Below, piece after piece: positions 35,156 through 46,286 of a stretch of 64,000 bases of DNA. The notes under the pieces are model-generated. The model ran no database searches and was not told where the DNA came from. It saw nothing but the letters and a program-made list of their open reading frames with translations. Source of the DNA: Anaeramoeba ignava BMAN. Taxonomy: Eukaryota > Protista > Anaeramoebae. The stretch is taken from the NCBI GenBank assembly GCA_028826165.1, contig JAPDFW010000069.1:62001-126000 (forward strand). The letters run 5' to 3'. Every line of letters begins with the position of its first letter. Positions within the stretch are counted from its first letter, which is position 1. The translations under genes were made by a program, and so were the position numbers.

Positions 35156-36928
35156 ATGAATGAAATTTTATTTTTTGGTTCAAATTCTTATCCAAAACTT
35201 ATCAAAAATAAAACAGATAAAATAACAAAACCAATTCAATTTAAATTTGAAAATGAAAATGAAAATGAAAATGAAAAACAAATTAAACAAATTTCATCAG
35301 GAGATTTTTCAACAATTTTCCTTTTTAAAAATGGAAAAGCAATAGAATATTTAAATGAAAATGATTCAAATCAAAATCCTTCAAAAATCCAAATTGAAGA
35401 AAATATTCAAAAAGTAACTGTTGGTAATAGAAATGAAGCTATTTTAACAAAAGAAGGAAATGTATTTGCCAAAGGATATGATATTAATCCAGATAATCCA
35501 AATGAATTTATCAATATTTCATCATTAATTGAAGATAAAAATGATAGAATAATTCAAGATATTGTTTCTGGTGCTTATTCAGTTTACTTATTAACTTCAA
35601 ATCAAAATGTTTATGGAATTGGTTTTAATGGATATGGTCAACTTGGTTTTGATTCTGAAACACTTGAAAAAACAGAAAAACCAATTTTAATGATGAAAAA
35701 TGTTTCTAAAATATTTTCAGGAAATTCTTCATTTCATGTTTTTCTTTTAAATTCAAATCAAGAATTATTTGGATGCGGTTATAATGATGATTGTCAAATT
35801 GGATTAGGAGAATCGAGAAAAGAATTAATGATCCAAAAGCCAACCAAAATACAAGATATTTCAAAAGGTAAAATAATTGATATTCAATGTGGATGGTATC
35901 ATTCAATAATTTTGATTGAAATTGAAATTGAAAATGAAAATCCAAAAAGAAAACTTTATTCATGTGGTTATTGGAAAGATAATGGACTTGGCAAATATGA
36001 AGATACTTATGAATTTACTGAAATCAAATCATCTTTATTTGAAAATGATGATAATATTCTTGATTTTTCTGTTGGATCTTCTCATACTTTGATTTTAACT
36101 TCCCATTTAAAATTTATAGTATTTGGATATAATTCTTATGGCCAATTAGGAACTGGAGATACAAATAATCAATTAATTCCAATTCAAATTGAACTTCCTG
36201 AATTAAGATTTAATGAAGATATTTCCAATTATCATATTTCTTGTGGATCTTACAAATCATTTCTTTATTATTCTCCTCTTTCTTTTTCCAATCTTGAAGA
36301 AGATTTGATAAAACTATTTGAAAGAAAAGAATTTTGTAATACTTCATTTAAAACCGAAAATGGAGAAATAATTGAAGCTCATAAATTAATATTGAAATAT
36401 AGATTAAATCAAAATCAAAATCAAATTGAAAAACTTCAAGAAATTATTTCAAAAAAATCAATTAAAGAATCAAATCAAATATTTGAAATGATTTATTCAA
36501 ATAATTCCAAAATAAATCCAAAATTATATTCTGAAATTAAAGAAATTATAAATTTAAATGAAAAAATTGAAGAAACAATGAAAAGAATTTATTTAAATGA
36601 AAATGAAAAAGATTTTATAATTGAAAGAAAAGAAAAAAAATATAAATTTCCAAAATTAATATTAATAATGAGAAGTGAATTATATCGAGGAATGTTTTTA
36701 TCTGTAACAAATGATACTTCTAATAAAGTTACAGATTATAGTGAATTAAGTAATAAATCATTTCAAATATTTGAATATTGGATTTATTCAAATCAAATTA
36801 AAGATGGAATCGAAATTACACAAGAAATGATTGACGAAATAGAAAGAGGAATTGATTATTTTCAATTAAATCAAACAAATCCAAATTTATTTGATTTATT
36901 AATTAAGAAATTTAATAATCAAAATTAA
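35156..36928 (+). CDS. RCC1-BTB-BTB copy 4
   Basis: Collinear with copies 1-3. Confidence 0.9.
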   Translation: MNEILFFGSNSYPKLIKNKTDKITKPIQFKFENENENENEKQIKQISSGDFSTIFLFKNGKAIEYLNENDSNQNPSKIQIEENIQKVTVGNRNEAILTKEGNVFAKGYDINPDNPNEFINISSLIEDKNDRIIQDIVSGAYSVYLLTSNQNVYGIGFNGYGQLGFDSETLEKTEKPILMMKNVSKIFSGNSSFHVFLLNSNQELFGCGYNDDCQIGLGESRKELMIQKPTKIQDISKGKIIDIQCGWYHSIILIEIEIENENPKRKLYSCGYWKDNGLGKYEDTYEFTEIKSSLFENDDNILDFSVGSSHTLILTSHLKFIVFGYNSYGQLGTGDTNNQLIPIQIELPELRFNEDISNYHISCGSYKSFLYYSPLSFSNLEEDLIKLFERKEFCNTSFKTENGEIIEAHKLILKYRLNQNQNQIEKLQEIISKKSIKESNQIFEMIYSNNSKINPKLYSEIKEIINLNEKIEETMKRIYLNENEKDFIIERKEKKYKFPKLILIMRSELYRGMFLSVTNDTSNKVTDYSELSNKSFQIFEYWIYSNQIKDGIEITQEMIDEIERGIDYFQLNQTNPNLFDLLIKKFNNQN

Positions 36929-37812
36929 AATTAAAATCAAAATTAAAATTAAAATTAAAATTAAAATTAAAATTAAAATCAAAATCAAAATTAAAATTAA
37001 AATTAAAATCAAAATTAAAATTAGAAATAAAAATAAAAATAAAAATTAAATTCAAAATCAAAATTAAAATCAAAACTAAAATTAAAATCAAAATTAAAAT
37101 CAAAATTAAAATTATAATTAAAATTAAAATTTAAATTAAAATTAAAATTAAAATCAAAATTAAAATTTAAATTAAAATTAAAATTAAAATCAAAATTAAA
37201 ATTAAAATTAAAATCAAAATCAAAATCAAAATTAAAATTAAAATTAAAATTAAAATCAAAATTAAAATTAAAATCAAAAATTAAAATCAAAATTAAAATT
37301 AAAATTAAAATTAAAATTAAAATTAAAATTAAAATTTAAATTATAATCAAAATTAAAATTATAATTAAAATTAAAATTAAAATTAAAATTAAAATTAAAA
37401 TTTAAATTAAAATTAAAATTTAAATTAAAATTAAAATCGGATAAAAAATTAAAATTAAAATTAAAATTAATAATCAAAATCAAAATTAAAATTAAAATTA
37501 AAATTTAAATCAAAATTAAAATTAAAATTAAAATTAAAATCAAAATTAAAATTAAAATTTAAATTAAAATTAAAATTTAAATTTAAATTAAAATTAAAAT
37601 TAAAACTAAAATTAAAATTTAAATTAAAATTTAAATTAAAATTAAATTCAAAATTAAAATTAAAATTAAAATTAAAATCAAAATTAAAATTAAAATTAAA
37701 ATTAAAATTTAAATTAAAATTAAAATTAAAATCGGATAAAAAATTAAAATCAAAATTAAAATTAAAATTAAAATTAAAATTAAAATCTAAAATTAAAATT
37801 AAAATTAAATTC
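36929..37812 (+). repeat. AAAATT/AAAATC hexamer array downstream of copy 4
   Basis: Begins at the stop codon. The rare variant AAAATCGGATAAA occurs twice (~37435 and ~37730), indicating an internal duplication. Confidence 0.88.
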
Positions 37813-37871
37813 AAAAATTTTTTTTCATTTTTTTCTTTTCATTTTTTTTTCATTTTTTTTTCATTTTTTTA

Positions 37872-40800
37872 ATGGCAAAACCAAGTAAATTTGATTACTT
37901 TTTTTTTCTCTAAATAGAATTTCCAAAAAAAATATTGGAATTAAAAATAATTTTTTTTTGAATAAAATTGAAAAATTAATATTAAACAATTGATTAAAAC
38001 AAATTTTAGGTTTAGGACCAAGAAAATTAGAAAGAAAAATATCAAGCCAAGTCTCAAATTGGAATTTAGTTGGTTCTCGATATGAACCACTTATTGTTTG
38101 TTATTAGAATTTTGTTTAAAATTAAAGAAAAAAAAAAGCATTTTTTTTTTAATATTTTAATATTTTAATATTTTAATAAAAATTAATAAATTTTTTTCGA
38201 TTGAACAGTTTTCTGAACAAGAAGAACTTGAAAAAAAGTTGAATGAAATTACTTCCAGTCTGCAATCTGAAGACTGGGAAACTCGAAACACGAGTATCAA
38301 AGGACTTCATGGTATTTTGAATGGAATAACAAGTGAAAATGCAACTGAATTCGTAATTTCACTTAAAAAAGTCAAATTTTCAACAACATTTTCCGAACTT
38401 GTTCAAGAAGAACGTTCCACAATTGCCAAAAATGCGTGCCGCCTCGTAGCACATGCCTCACGAGTTCTTGGCCGACATTTTGACTCATTGTTTGAGGGGG
38501 ATCTTTTCTACTCACTCTTGAAAAGAGTGCCTGTCAAAATCAAGGTGATTGCTGAAAGTGCACATTCCTGCATCAAACAAGTGATCAAGCAAACACCCTC
38601 TCCGAAGATCATCTCCGGCATTGAAGACACGATCAAGACCAGCAAGAGTGCGGTACAACGCGGATGCTGTGCAGAGTATCTTTTACTTCTCCTGAAGAAA
38701 TGGGATTCGAAAGTTTTCGAATCATTTTTGCATGAAATCCAAAATTCCGTTAAACTCACAATAGTTGATGCGAGAGAGAAAACTCGGTCTTGCGGAAGGA
38801 AATCTTTCTGGGAATTTTCTCGCGATTTCCCTGAACAAGCAGCCAAGATTTTTTCCGAATTGGATCCGCGAAATACCAAAACAATTCTCGAAGAGAAACA
38901 CGCACAAAACACACCTGATTCAAAAATTATGCAATTTTTGGGGGATCTTAAAATAAACCCAAATAAACAGACAAAAAAACACACCCCCAAAATTGACAGC
39001 TCTAAATCCAAAAAGAAATTGAGTATATCAAGTAGTCCTACCAAGCAGAATACAAAGAAACCCCAAGTGGTGCCATCGCCCAAAGTTTCGGGAAATTCCA
39101 AAATCAAAAAAACCCGCAAAACTCGTTCTTTGGCACCAATTCGCAAATCCACTGTGATTGCGACGAAAAAAATACCGAATTCAAATAGTCCCAAAAATGT
39201 CAATAATTCAAATAATTCAAATACTTCAAATAATTCAAATAATCAAAATTCAAATTCAGTTGATATCCGCACAATTGCAATCGGACTTAAATCAATCGAT
39301 GCGCGAACAAAAAACCAAGCGCTGGAAAACCTTCTTCATCTATCTTCGAGTGAAAACAGCACGCAACTCCAAGATAAAGAAGGATTCCAAAAAATGATAG
39401 AGCACTTGATCCGATTGATTTCGGACATGAGCATGAAGACCAAGCTTCTTGCTCTGAAAGTGACCAAAAACTTCATTGACAACTACACAGAGAACTTTGA
39501 GAAATCACTTGTTCCTGTTATTGAAGCATTGATTCCCCTTGTGAAGCTTCAGAAGCCGAAAATTGAGCAAATTATGCCTGAAATTTTCGATTTGATCCGA
39601 TCATGCTATGGAAGTTTGATTTTGATTCCCGCTTTTGTTCACGTCTTTAACGACCTCCCTCTTAAACATAAACACTCGGTTCTTCCTATCATGCTTGTCG
39701 TCTTTCGCGAAGACACGCAGAATTACTTTGGCTCTTCTGGAAGCACAAAAATTGTCATCCAAATGGCGCTTCCTCATCTCCAAAATAAAGATCAGCCAAT
39801 CCAAAGGCTTCTGGAAAATCTACTCCAAATTGTTGATGCTCATAATCACACAGATTTCATCAAACAAACCGATTCTCTGGTTGATCACGATAAAAAAATC
39901 ATTTATTCTGCTCTCGGATCTGAAAAGCCAGAAATCATTCAATCTTCTTTGAAAATTTCCAAACAAAAAAATCTTAAATTACAAACTACAAAATCCGAAA
40001 GCTCAAAACCTAAAAGAAATGACAAACAAGAAGAAAAAAAGAACGAAAAAAAAAATGTCAAAAAAAATGTAAAAAAAAATTTGCCAGTTCAAAAAACACA
40101 TAAATCTTCGAATTTAAAAACTTCAACAAAAACGAAGGTAATTGTGCAGAAAACACCATCAAAAAACATTACGAAAAAACAAGTTAAAAAAAAATCAGTG
40201 GCAAAAACAACAGCAGATGACAAAGAAGAAGCTGTTAAAAGCGAGACACTCCAAAATAATAACGTTCAGAAAGAGATCATTTCTTCTGATCTTATTACAA
40301 ACAAGGAAAATGAAAATAACGCAGACGAGATGAACGCAGAGAAGATTGAATCACTGCCAGAAATCGATGAAAAAATGATTGAAACAACAATATCCGCGCT
40401 TCTCATCTCTTTGACAGACAAGGACAATTCCGAACGCGGATTCGAAACACTCATTTCTCTCTCGCAAGAAAAAGTGGACAAAGTGTGGAACAAAACATTT
40501 GCGCTTGTGATTTTCCATTTGATGCATTTGTACTTTACAGAAGCGACCCAAGTGCAAAATATTTTGATTTTGGCAGATAGTTTAGCAAATAATCAAGAAG
40601 AATATTTCAAGCCTTGCACTTTGGAATTAGTGAAAGAGTTTTTCAAATCTTTCGAGAAAGTGTCGCCCACAAAACATCATGATTCCGCCCAGATTTTTTC
40701 CGTTATCTCAAGATCACTGGATCCGGAAACAGCAATTCATCAACTTTTAACATATATTGATCCAGCTCAACAAAATCATGTCATCTCAACAGCTTTGACT

Positions 40801-41181
40801 TATCTTGGCAAGTTTGTTCAATCTCTTGATAATCAAAAAGTTCGGCAGGTTTTGGATGTTTATTTCCACTTGATTATCAAGTATGTTTCTCATCCTCAAA
40901 TTTCTATTAGAAAAGCTGCTGTTTATTGTTTTGTTGATTTTTTTTCTGTTCTTGATCAAGCTTTATTTACTGATTATCTTAATCCAAAACTCCAAAATTC
41001 AAAAGATAATAAAGTTATTGTTTTGATTCAGCAAACAATTCGTGCTGAACAAGCAAAGAAATTAAAGAAAGAATCACAAGATGAAAAAAGCTCAATTCAA
41101 GAATTTGAAAATTTAAATGAAAATTTGAATGAAAATCAAAATTTGAATGAAAATCAAAATTTAAATGAAAATCAAAATTGA
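37872..41181 (+). CDS. CLASP-family (TOG/HEAT) microtubule-associated protein; 3 exons
   Basis: MAKP|SLGPRK...EPLI|FSEQEE joins ORF 38239. CLASP_N-like DWETRN, ERSTIAKNAC and DAREKTRSCGR; S/K-rich linker; C-terminal IRKAAVYCFV HEAT repeat. Confidence 0.82.
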
Positions 41182-42565
41182 AAATTAAATGAAAATTAAA
41201 ATTAAAATTAAAATGAAAATTGAAATGAAAATTTAAATGAAAATTTAAATTTAAATTAAAATTAAAATGAATATTAAAATTAAAATGAAAATTAAAATGA
41301 AAATTAAAATTAAAATTGAAATGAAAATTGAAATTGAAATTAAAATTAAAATGAAAAATTTAAAATCAAAATGAAAAAAATTAAAAATGAAAAATTTAAA
41401 TCAAAATGAAAATTAAAATTAAAAAAATGAAAATTAAAATTTAAATGAAAATCAAAATTTAAATTGAAATGAAAATTGAAATTAAAATTAAAATGAAAAT
41501 TAAAATTAAAATTTAAATGAAAATTGAAATGAAAATCAAAATGAAAATTGAAATGAAAATTAAAATGAAAATTAAAATGAAAATTAAAATGAAAATTGAA
41601 ATTGAAATTGAAATGAAAATTAAAATGAAAATTTAAATTAAAATGAAAATTTAAATCAAAATGAAAATCAAAATTAAAATGAAAATTGAAATGAAAATTA
41701 AAATGAAAATTGAAATGAAAATTTAAATGAAAATCAAAATTAAAATTAAAATGAAAATTGAAATGAAAATTGAAATGAAAATTGAAATGAAAATTGAAAT
41801 GAAAATTGAAATGAAAATTGAAATGAAAATTAAAATTGAAATGAAAATTGAAATGAAAATTTAAATGAAAATTGAAATGAAAATGAAAATGAAAATTAAA
41901 ATTAAAATGAAAATGAAAATTGAAATGAAAATTAAAATCAAAATTTAAATGAAAATTAAAATGAAAATTAAAATGAAAATTTAAATGAAAATTAAAATGA
42001 AAATTTAAATGAAAATTTAAATGAAATTAAAATTGAAATGAAAATCAAAATGAAAATTGAAATGAAAATTAAAATGAAAATTAAAATCAAAATTAAAATG
42101 AAAATTGAAATCAAAATTAAAATTGAAATGAAAATTAAAATGAAAATTAAAATTTAAATGAAAATTGAAATGAAAATTGAAATGAAAATTAAAATGAAAA
42201 TTGAAATTAAAATGAAAATTAAAATCAAAATTTAAATGAAAATTAAAATGAAAATTAAAAATGAAATTAAAATTGAAATGAAAATTGAAATGAAAATTGA
42301 AATTAAAATTGAAATTAAAATTTAAATGAAAATTGAAATGAAAATTAAAATTAAAATTAAAATTGAAATGAAAATTAAAATTAAAATTAAAATGAAAATT
42401 AAAATCAAAATTGAAATCAAAATGAAAATTAAAATGAAAATTAAAATGAAAATTTAAATTAAAATTAAAATTAAAATTTAAATGAAAATTTAAATGAAAA
42501 TTTAAATGAAAATTGAAATGAAAATTGAAATGAAAATTGAAATGAAAATTTAAATGAAAATTGAA
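41182..42565 (+). repeat. 1.4 kb AAAATG/AAATTG/AAAATT hexamer array
   Basis: Continues directly from the ENLNENQN coding repeat through the CLASP stop codon. Confidence 0.88.
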
Positions 42566-42764
42566 AGAAATCAAACGGAAAAAGTCTTTTTTTTCTGTTT
42601 ATTTCTTTTTTTCAAATCTTTTTCATAAAAGTACATTTTCTTTTTTAACTTTTTTTTTTAAAATTAATAAACAATTTTTCTTTTTAATTATTTAATCTTT
42701 TTATTTTTTTAAATATATAAATTTGTTTTCTAAAAATAATTTACAAGAAAAAGAATAAAAATTA

Positions 42765-43103
42765 TATTAAAATTGGATTTGAAATTGAAATTGGATTTGA
42801 AATTGAAATTGAAATTGAAATTGGATTTGAAATTGAAATTGAAATTGAAATTGGATTTGAAATTGAAATTGAAATTGAAATTGAAATTAAAATTGGATTT
42901 GAAATTGAAATTGAAATTGAAATTGAAATTGAAATTGAATTCAAAATTGGATTTGAAATTAAAATTGAAATTGAATTCAAAATTGGATTTGAAATTGAAA
43001 TTGAAATTGAAATTGAAATTGAAATTGAAATTGAATTCAAAATTAAAATTGAAATTGAAATTGAAATTGAAATTGGATTTGAAATTGAAATTAAAATTGA
43101 AAT
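42765..43103 (+). repeat. (TTGAAA)n array with TTGGAT variants
   Basis: Seen directly; produces LK/IS/NF artefact ORFs. Confidence 0.85.
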
Positions 43104-43477
43104 GTTTTTTTTCTTGTAAAAATATCATTTGATTTTTTGGTTTTTTTTCTTTTTAGTTCTCCTTTTTTTTTCAATTTGATTTTTATTTAGATTTAGATTT
43201 AGATTTTGATTTTGATTTTGATTTTGATTTTGATTATTTTGATTTTGATTTTGATTTTTATTTTGATTTTGAATTTGAATTTGATTTTTAATTTGATTTT
43301 GATTTAGAAATTGATTTTGATTTTGATTTTGATTTTGATTTTGATTTTGATTTTTATTTAGATTTTGATTTTGATTTAGATTTTGGTTTAGATTTTGATT
43401 TTGATTTTGATTTTGATTATTTTGATTTTGAAATTGATTTTGATTTTGATTATTTTGATTTTGAAATTGATTTTGAT

Positions 43478-44356
43478 TTAGATTTTTTGATTTAGATTTT
43501 GATTTTGATTTTGATTTTGATTTTGATTTTGATTTTGATTTTTATTTTGATTATTTTGAATTTGATTTTGATTATTTTGATTTTGAATTTGAATTTGATT
43601 TTGATTATTTTGATTTTGAAATTGATTTTGAATTTGAATTTGAATTTGATTTTTGTTTTGATTTTGATTTTTATTTTTATTTTTATTTTGAATTTGATTA
43701 TTTTGATTAAATTGATTTTTATTTTTATTTTTATTTTGAATTTGATTTTTCCTTTTTTTTTTAACTTGGTTTTGATTTTTGTTTTGAATTTGATTTTTAT
43801 TTTCATTTTGATTTGAAGATTCTGATCTTTTTTTCCTCATTTTCTCTTTTTTTGGTTCAAAATTTTCATTTAAATATTTCTTTTTCTTAATCCAAGAAAT
43901 TAATTCAGGAGTTGATTGACCTCTTTTAATCAAAGTTTCATTTGGTTCAGGCATTAATAAATATTTTGGGATTTGATTTGAATTTTTAGCATAATTTCGA
44001 GAATTATTTTTTAAATAGAGATAAATAACAACTCCAAAAGTAGGATTTTCCCTATTAATTGCTTGATTTGGATTAAGTGGTTGCATTAAGAAATCATCTA
44101 CACTTTCATCTGGTTGATCAAAATCAAAATCATCGATTGTTTCTTGTGCTAAATCTGCTAATAAACTTAAATTGTACTCCGCTATTTGTTTTTGTTGAAT
44201 TTGTGTGTTTATATTATTTGATTTTTCAATTTGTGTTTTTGTTATTTCTTCTTTTTGGAAATTGATATTTTGAAAATTTGAATCAATTATAAGTGAAGAA
44301 TCATCTTCTTCAGAATCATCTTTTTCATCAAAAGGAAATGTTGGAATTGAATTCAT
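43478..44356 (-). CDS. Hypothetical protein: acidic N-terminus, small globular segment, basic patch, N/Q tail
   Basis: TCATTTT motif upstream of the ATG; complex segment NPTFGVVIYLYLK...PELISWIKKKKYL. The true 3' end is uncertain because the repeat continues to ~43170. Confidence 0.6.
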   Translation of the reverse strand: MNSIPTFPFDEKDDSEEDDSSLIIDSNFQNINFQKEEITKTQIEKSNNINTQIQQKQIAEYNLSLLADLAQETIDDFDFDQPDESVDDFLMQPLNPNQAINRENPTFGVVIYLYLKNNSRNYAKNSNQIPKYLLMPEPNETLIKRGQSTPELISWIKKKKYLNENFEPKKEKMRKKRSESSNQNENKNQIQNKNQNQVKKKRKNQIQNKNKNKNQFNQNNQIQNKNKNKNQNQNKNQIQIQIQNQFQNQNNQNQIQIQNQNNQNQIQNNQNKNQNQNQNQNQNQNQNLNQKI

Positions 44357-44645
44357 TTAAATTAAATTAAAAAAATGAAAAAATAAAATAAAAAAAATGA
44401 AAAAATAAATTTTTTGAATGAATTTCGAAATGAACGAAAAATGTGTTTTGGTTTTTATTCAATTCAAATCAGAATTGTAAAAACTCTTTTTTGTTTTGTT
44501 TTGTTTTTTTTTTTGAATGGAAAGAAGAAGAAGAAGAAGAAAAAAAATAAAAATGAATGAAAGCTAAAAATGAAAATGAAAAAGAAAATGAAAAGAAAAA
44601 AGCAAAAAGAAAAAAGAAAAAAAAGAATTGCTAAATGCAATCAAA

Positions 44646-46012
44646 TTAAGAACTGCTTGTTTTTTTCTTATGTTTCTTGTGATGAGGAGATCCAAAACCA
44701 GTAACAGCAAGACCAAAACCACCCATTCCGAAACCCATTCCATTATCCATTCCAAAGTTCATTTGAGGTTGTTGAGGTTGCATACCAAATCCCATTTGAG
44801 GTTGCATTCCAAATCCCATTTGAGGTTGTTGTTGTTGCATACCAAATCCCATTTGAGGTTGCATTCCAAATCCCATTTGTTGTTGAGGTTGCATTCCAAA
44901 TCCCATTTGAGGTTGTTGTTGTTGCATACCGAATCCCATTTGAGGTTGCATTCCAAATCCCATTTGTTGTTGAGGTTGTTGTTGGAATTGTTGTTGAGCC
45001 ATTTGATCAACTGTAATTTGTGGTTGTTGATATTGGACTTGTGGTTGTTGTTGAACTTGTGGTTGTTGATATTGAACTTGGGGTTGTTGTTGAACTTGTG
45101 GTTGTTGTTGGATTGTAACTTGGGGTTGTTGATATTGAACTTGGGGTTGTTGTTGAATTGTAATTTGAGGTTGAATAGTTTTTTTATCTTGTTCAAAAGG
45201 CATTCCTTCAGGAAGATAATGAACTAACATGTGAACTTTGCCTATTTATTTAAAAAAATATTAAATTAAATTAAATAAAATTATATTAAATTAAAAATAT
45301 TAAATTAAAATTAAATTAAAAATATTAAATTAAAAATATTAAATTAAAAATAAATTAAATTAAAAATATTAAAATATTAAATTAAAATTAATTAAAAATA
45401 TTCAATTAAAAATATTAAATTAAAAATATTAAATTAAAAATAAATTAAATTAAATTAAATTAAAATAAATTAAATTAAAATAAAAATATTAAATTAAAAA
45501 TAAAAATATTCAATTAAATTAAATTAAAAATATTAAATTAAAATAAATTAAATTAAATTAAAAAAATTAAAATAAAAATATTAAATTAAAAATATATTAA
45601 ATTAAAATTAAATTAAAAATATTAAATTAAAAAAATTAAATTAAAAATATTTTTAATTACCTTTCTCTTTTGTTCCTGGTTTTCTTCCTTCACAATCTCT
45701 CCAAATATCATGAACTTTACGATCCAAAAATTGAGAAATTGGGAGACGAATAAAAGCCAAAAGATCATGAGCGCCAATTCTATCCCAATCAGAAATTCCA
45801 ATCAAAACTAAATCTTTATTTGGATCTTTAACTTTCAATTCAAAAGCTTCATTCCAAACTGGATCAAGTGTAGCTTTTTGAATCTTTGTCTTGTGGAATG
45901 GTCTAACTCCATTAATGGAAACAGTTGCATATGGATCACTTTTTCCTCCAATATCTGCTGATTTAAGTCCTTTTGCTTCAATTAATTTAACATGAATTGG
46001 TGTTGTTGACAT
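44646..46012 (-). CDS. C2-domain protein with Q/P and QMGFGMQP repeat tail; 2 coding exons
   Basis: IEAKGLKSADIGGKSDPY..TLDPVWNEAF..DWDRIGAHD (Ca-binding Asp pattern). Intron 45660-45242 joins KEKG|KVHMLVHY. Confidence 0.88.
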
Positions 46013-46286
46013 CTTATTTTTATTTTTTATTTTTTATTTTAATAAAAAGGAAAAAAAAATAAATAAAAATTAATAAATATTTTTTTTTTATAAATTAAGA
46101 ACTAAAATGAATAAATAAATAAATAATAATATTTTTTAATTTAAATTTTATTTATTTTTTCATTAAGTCAATTAATTTTTAATTTTATTTTAATTTTTTT
46201 GTTGTTTATTTTTAATTTTTTTTTAATTTTTTTGTTGTTTATTTTTATATTTTTTTTATTAAAAGAGGGGTATTTAAATATCTTAC
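46013..46286 (-). other. Probable 5'-UTR intron of the C2 gene
   Basis: GTAAGA donor at 46286, AG immediately before the ATG, and TCATTTT motifs at ~46400-46425. Confidence 0.5.

Noticed and set aside
28185-36928. Diversity-generating retroelement as the source of RCC1 variability
   Set aside because: No reverse transcriptase or template repeat is present in the window, and the variable codons are not restricted to adenine positions.
38508-39203. 231-aa antisense ORF within CLASP, and other short antisense ORFs
   Set aside because: Shadow frames of real CDSs with no recognisable motifs.
42730-43132. Telomeric repeat, or LK/IS repeat proteins
   Set aside because: An internal degenerate TTGAAA array of the same hexamer family as the other spacers; the overlapping ORFs on both strands are artefacts.
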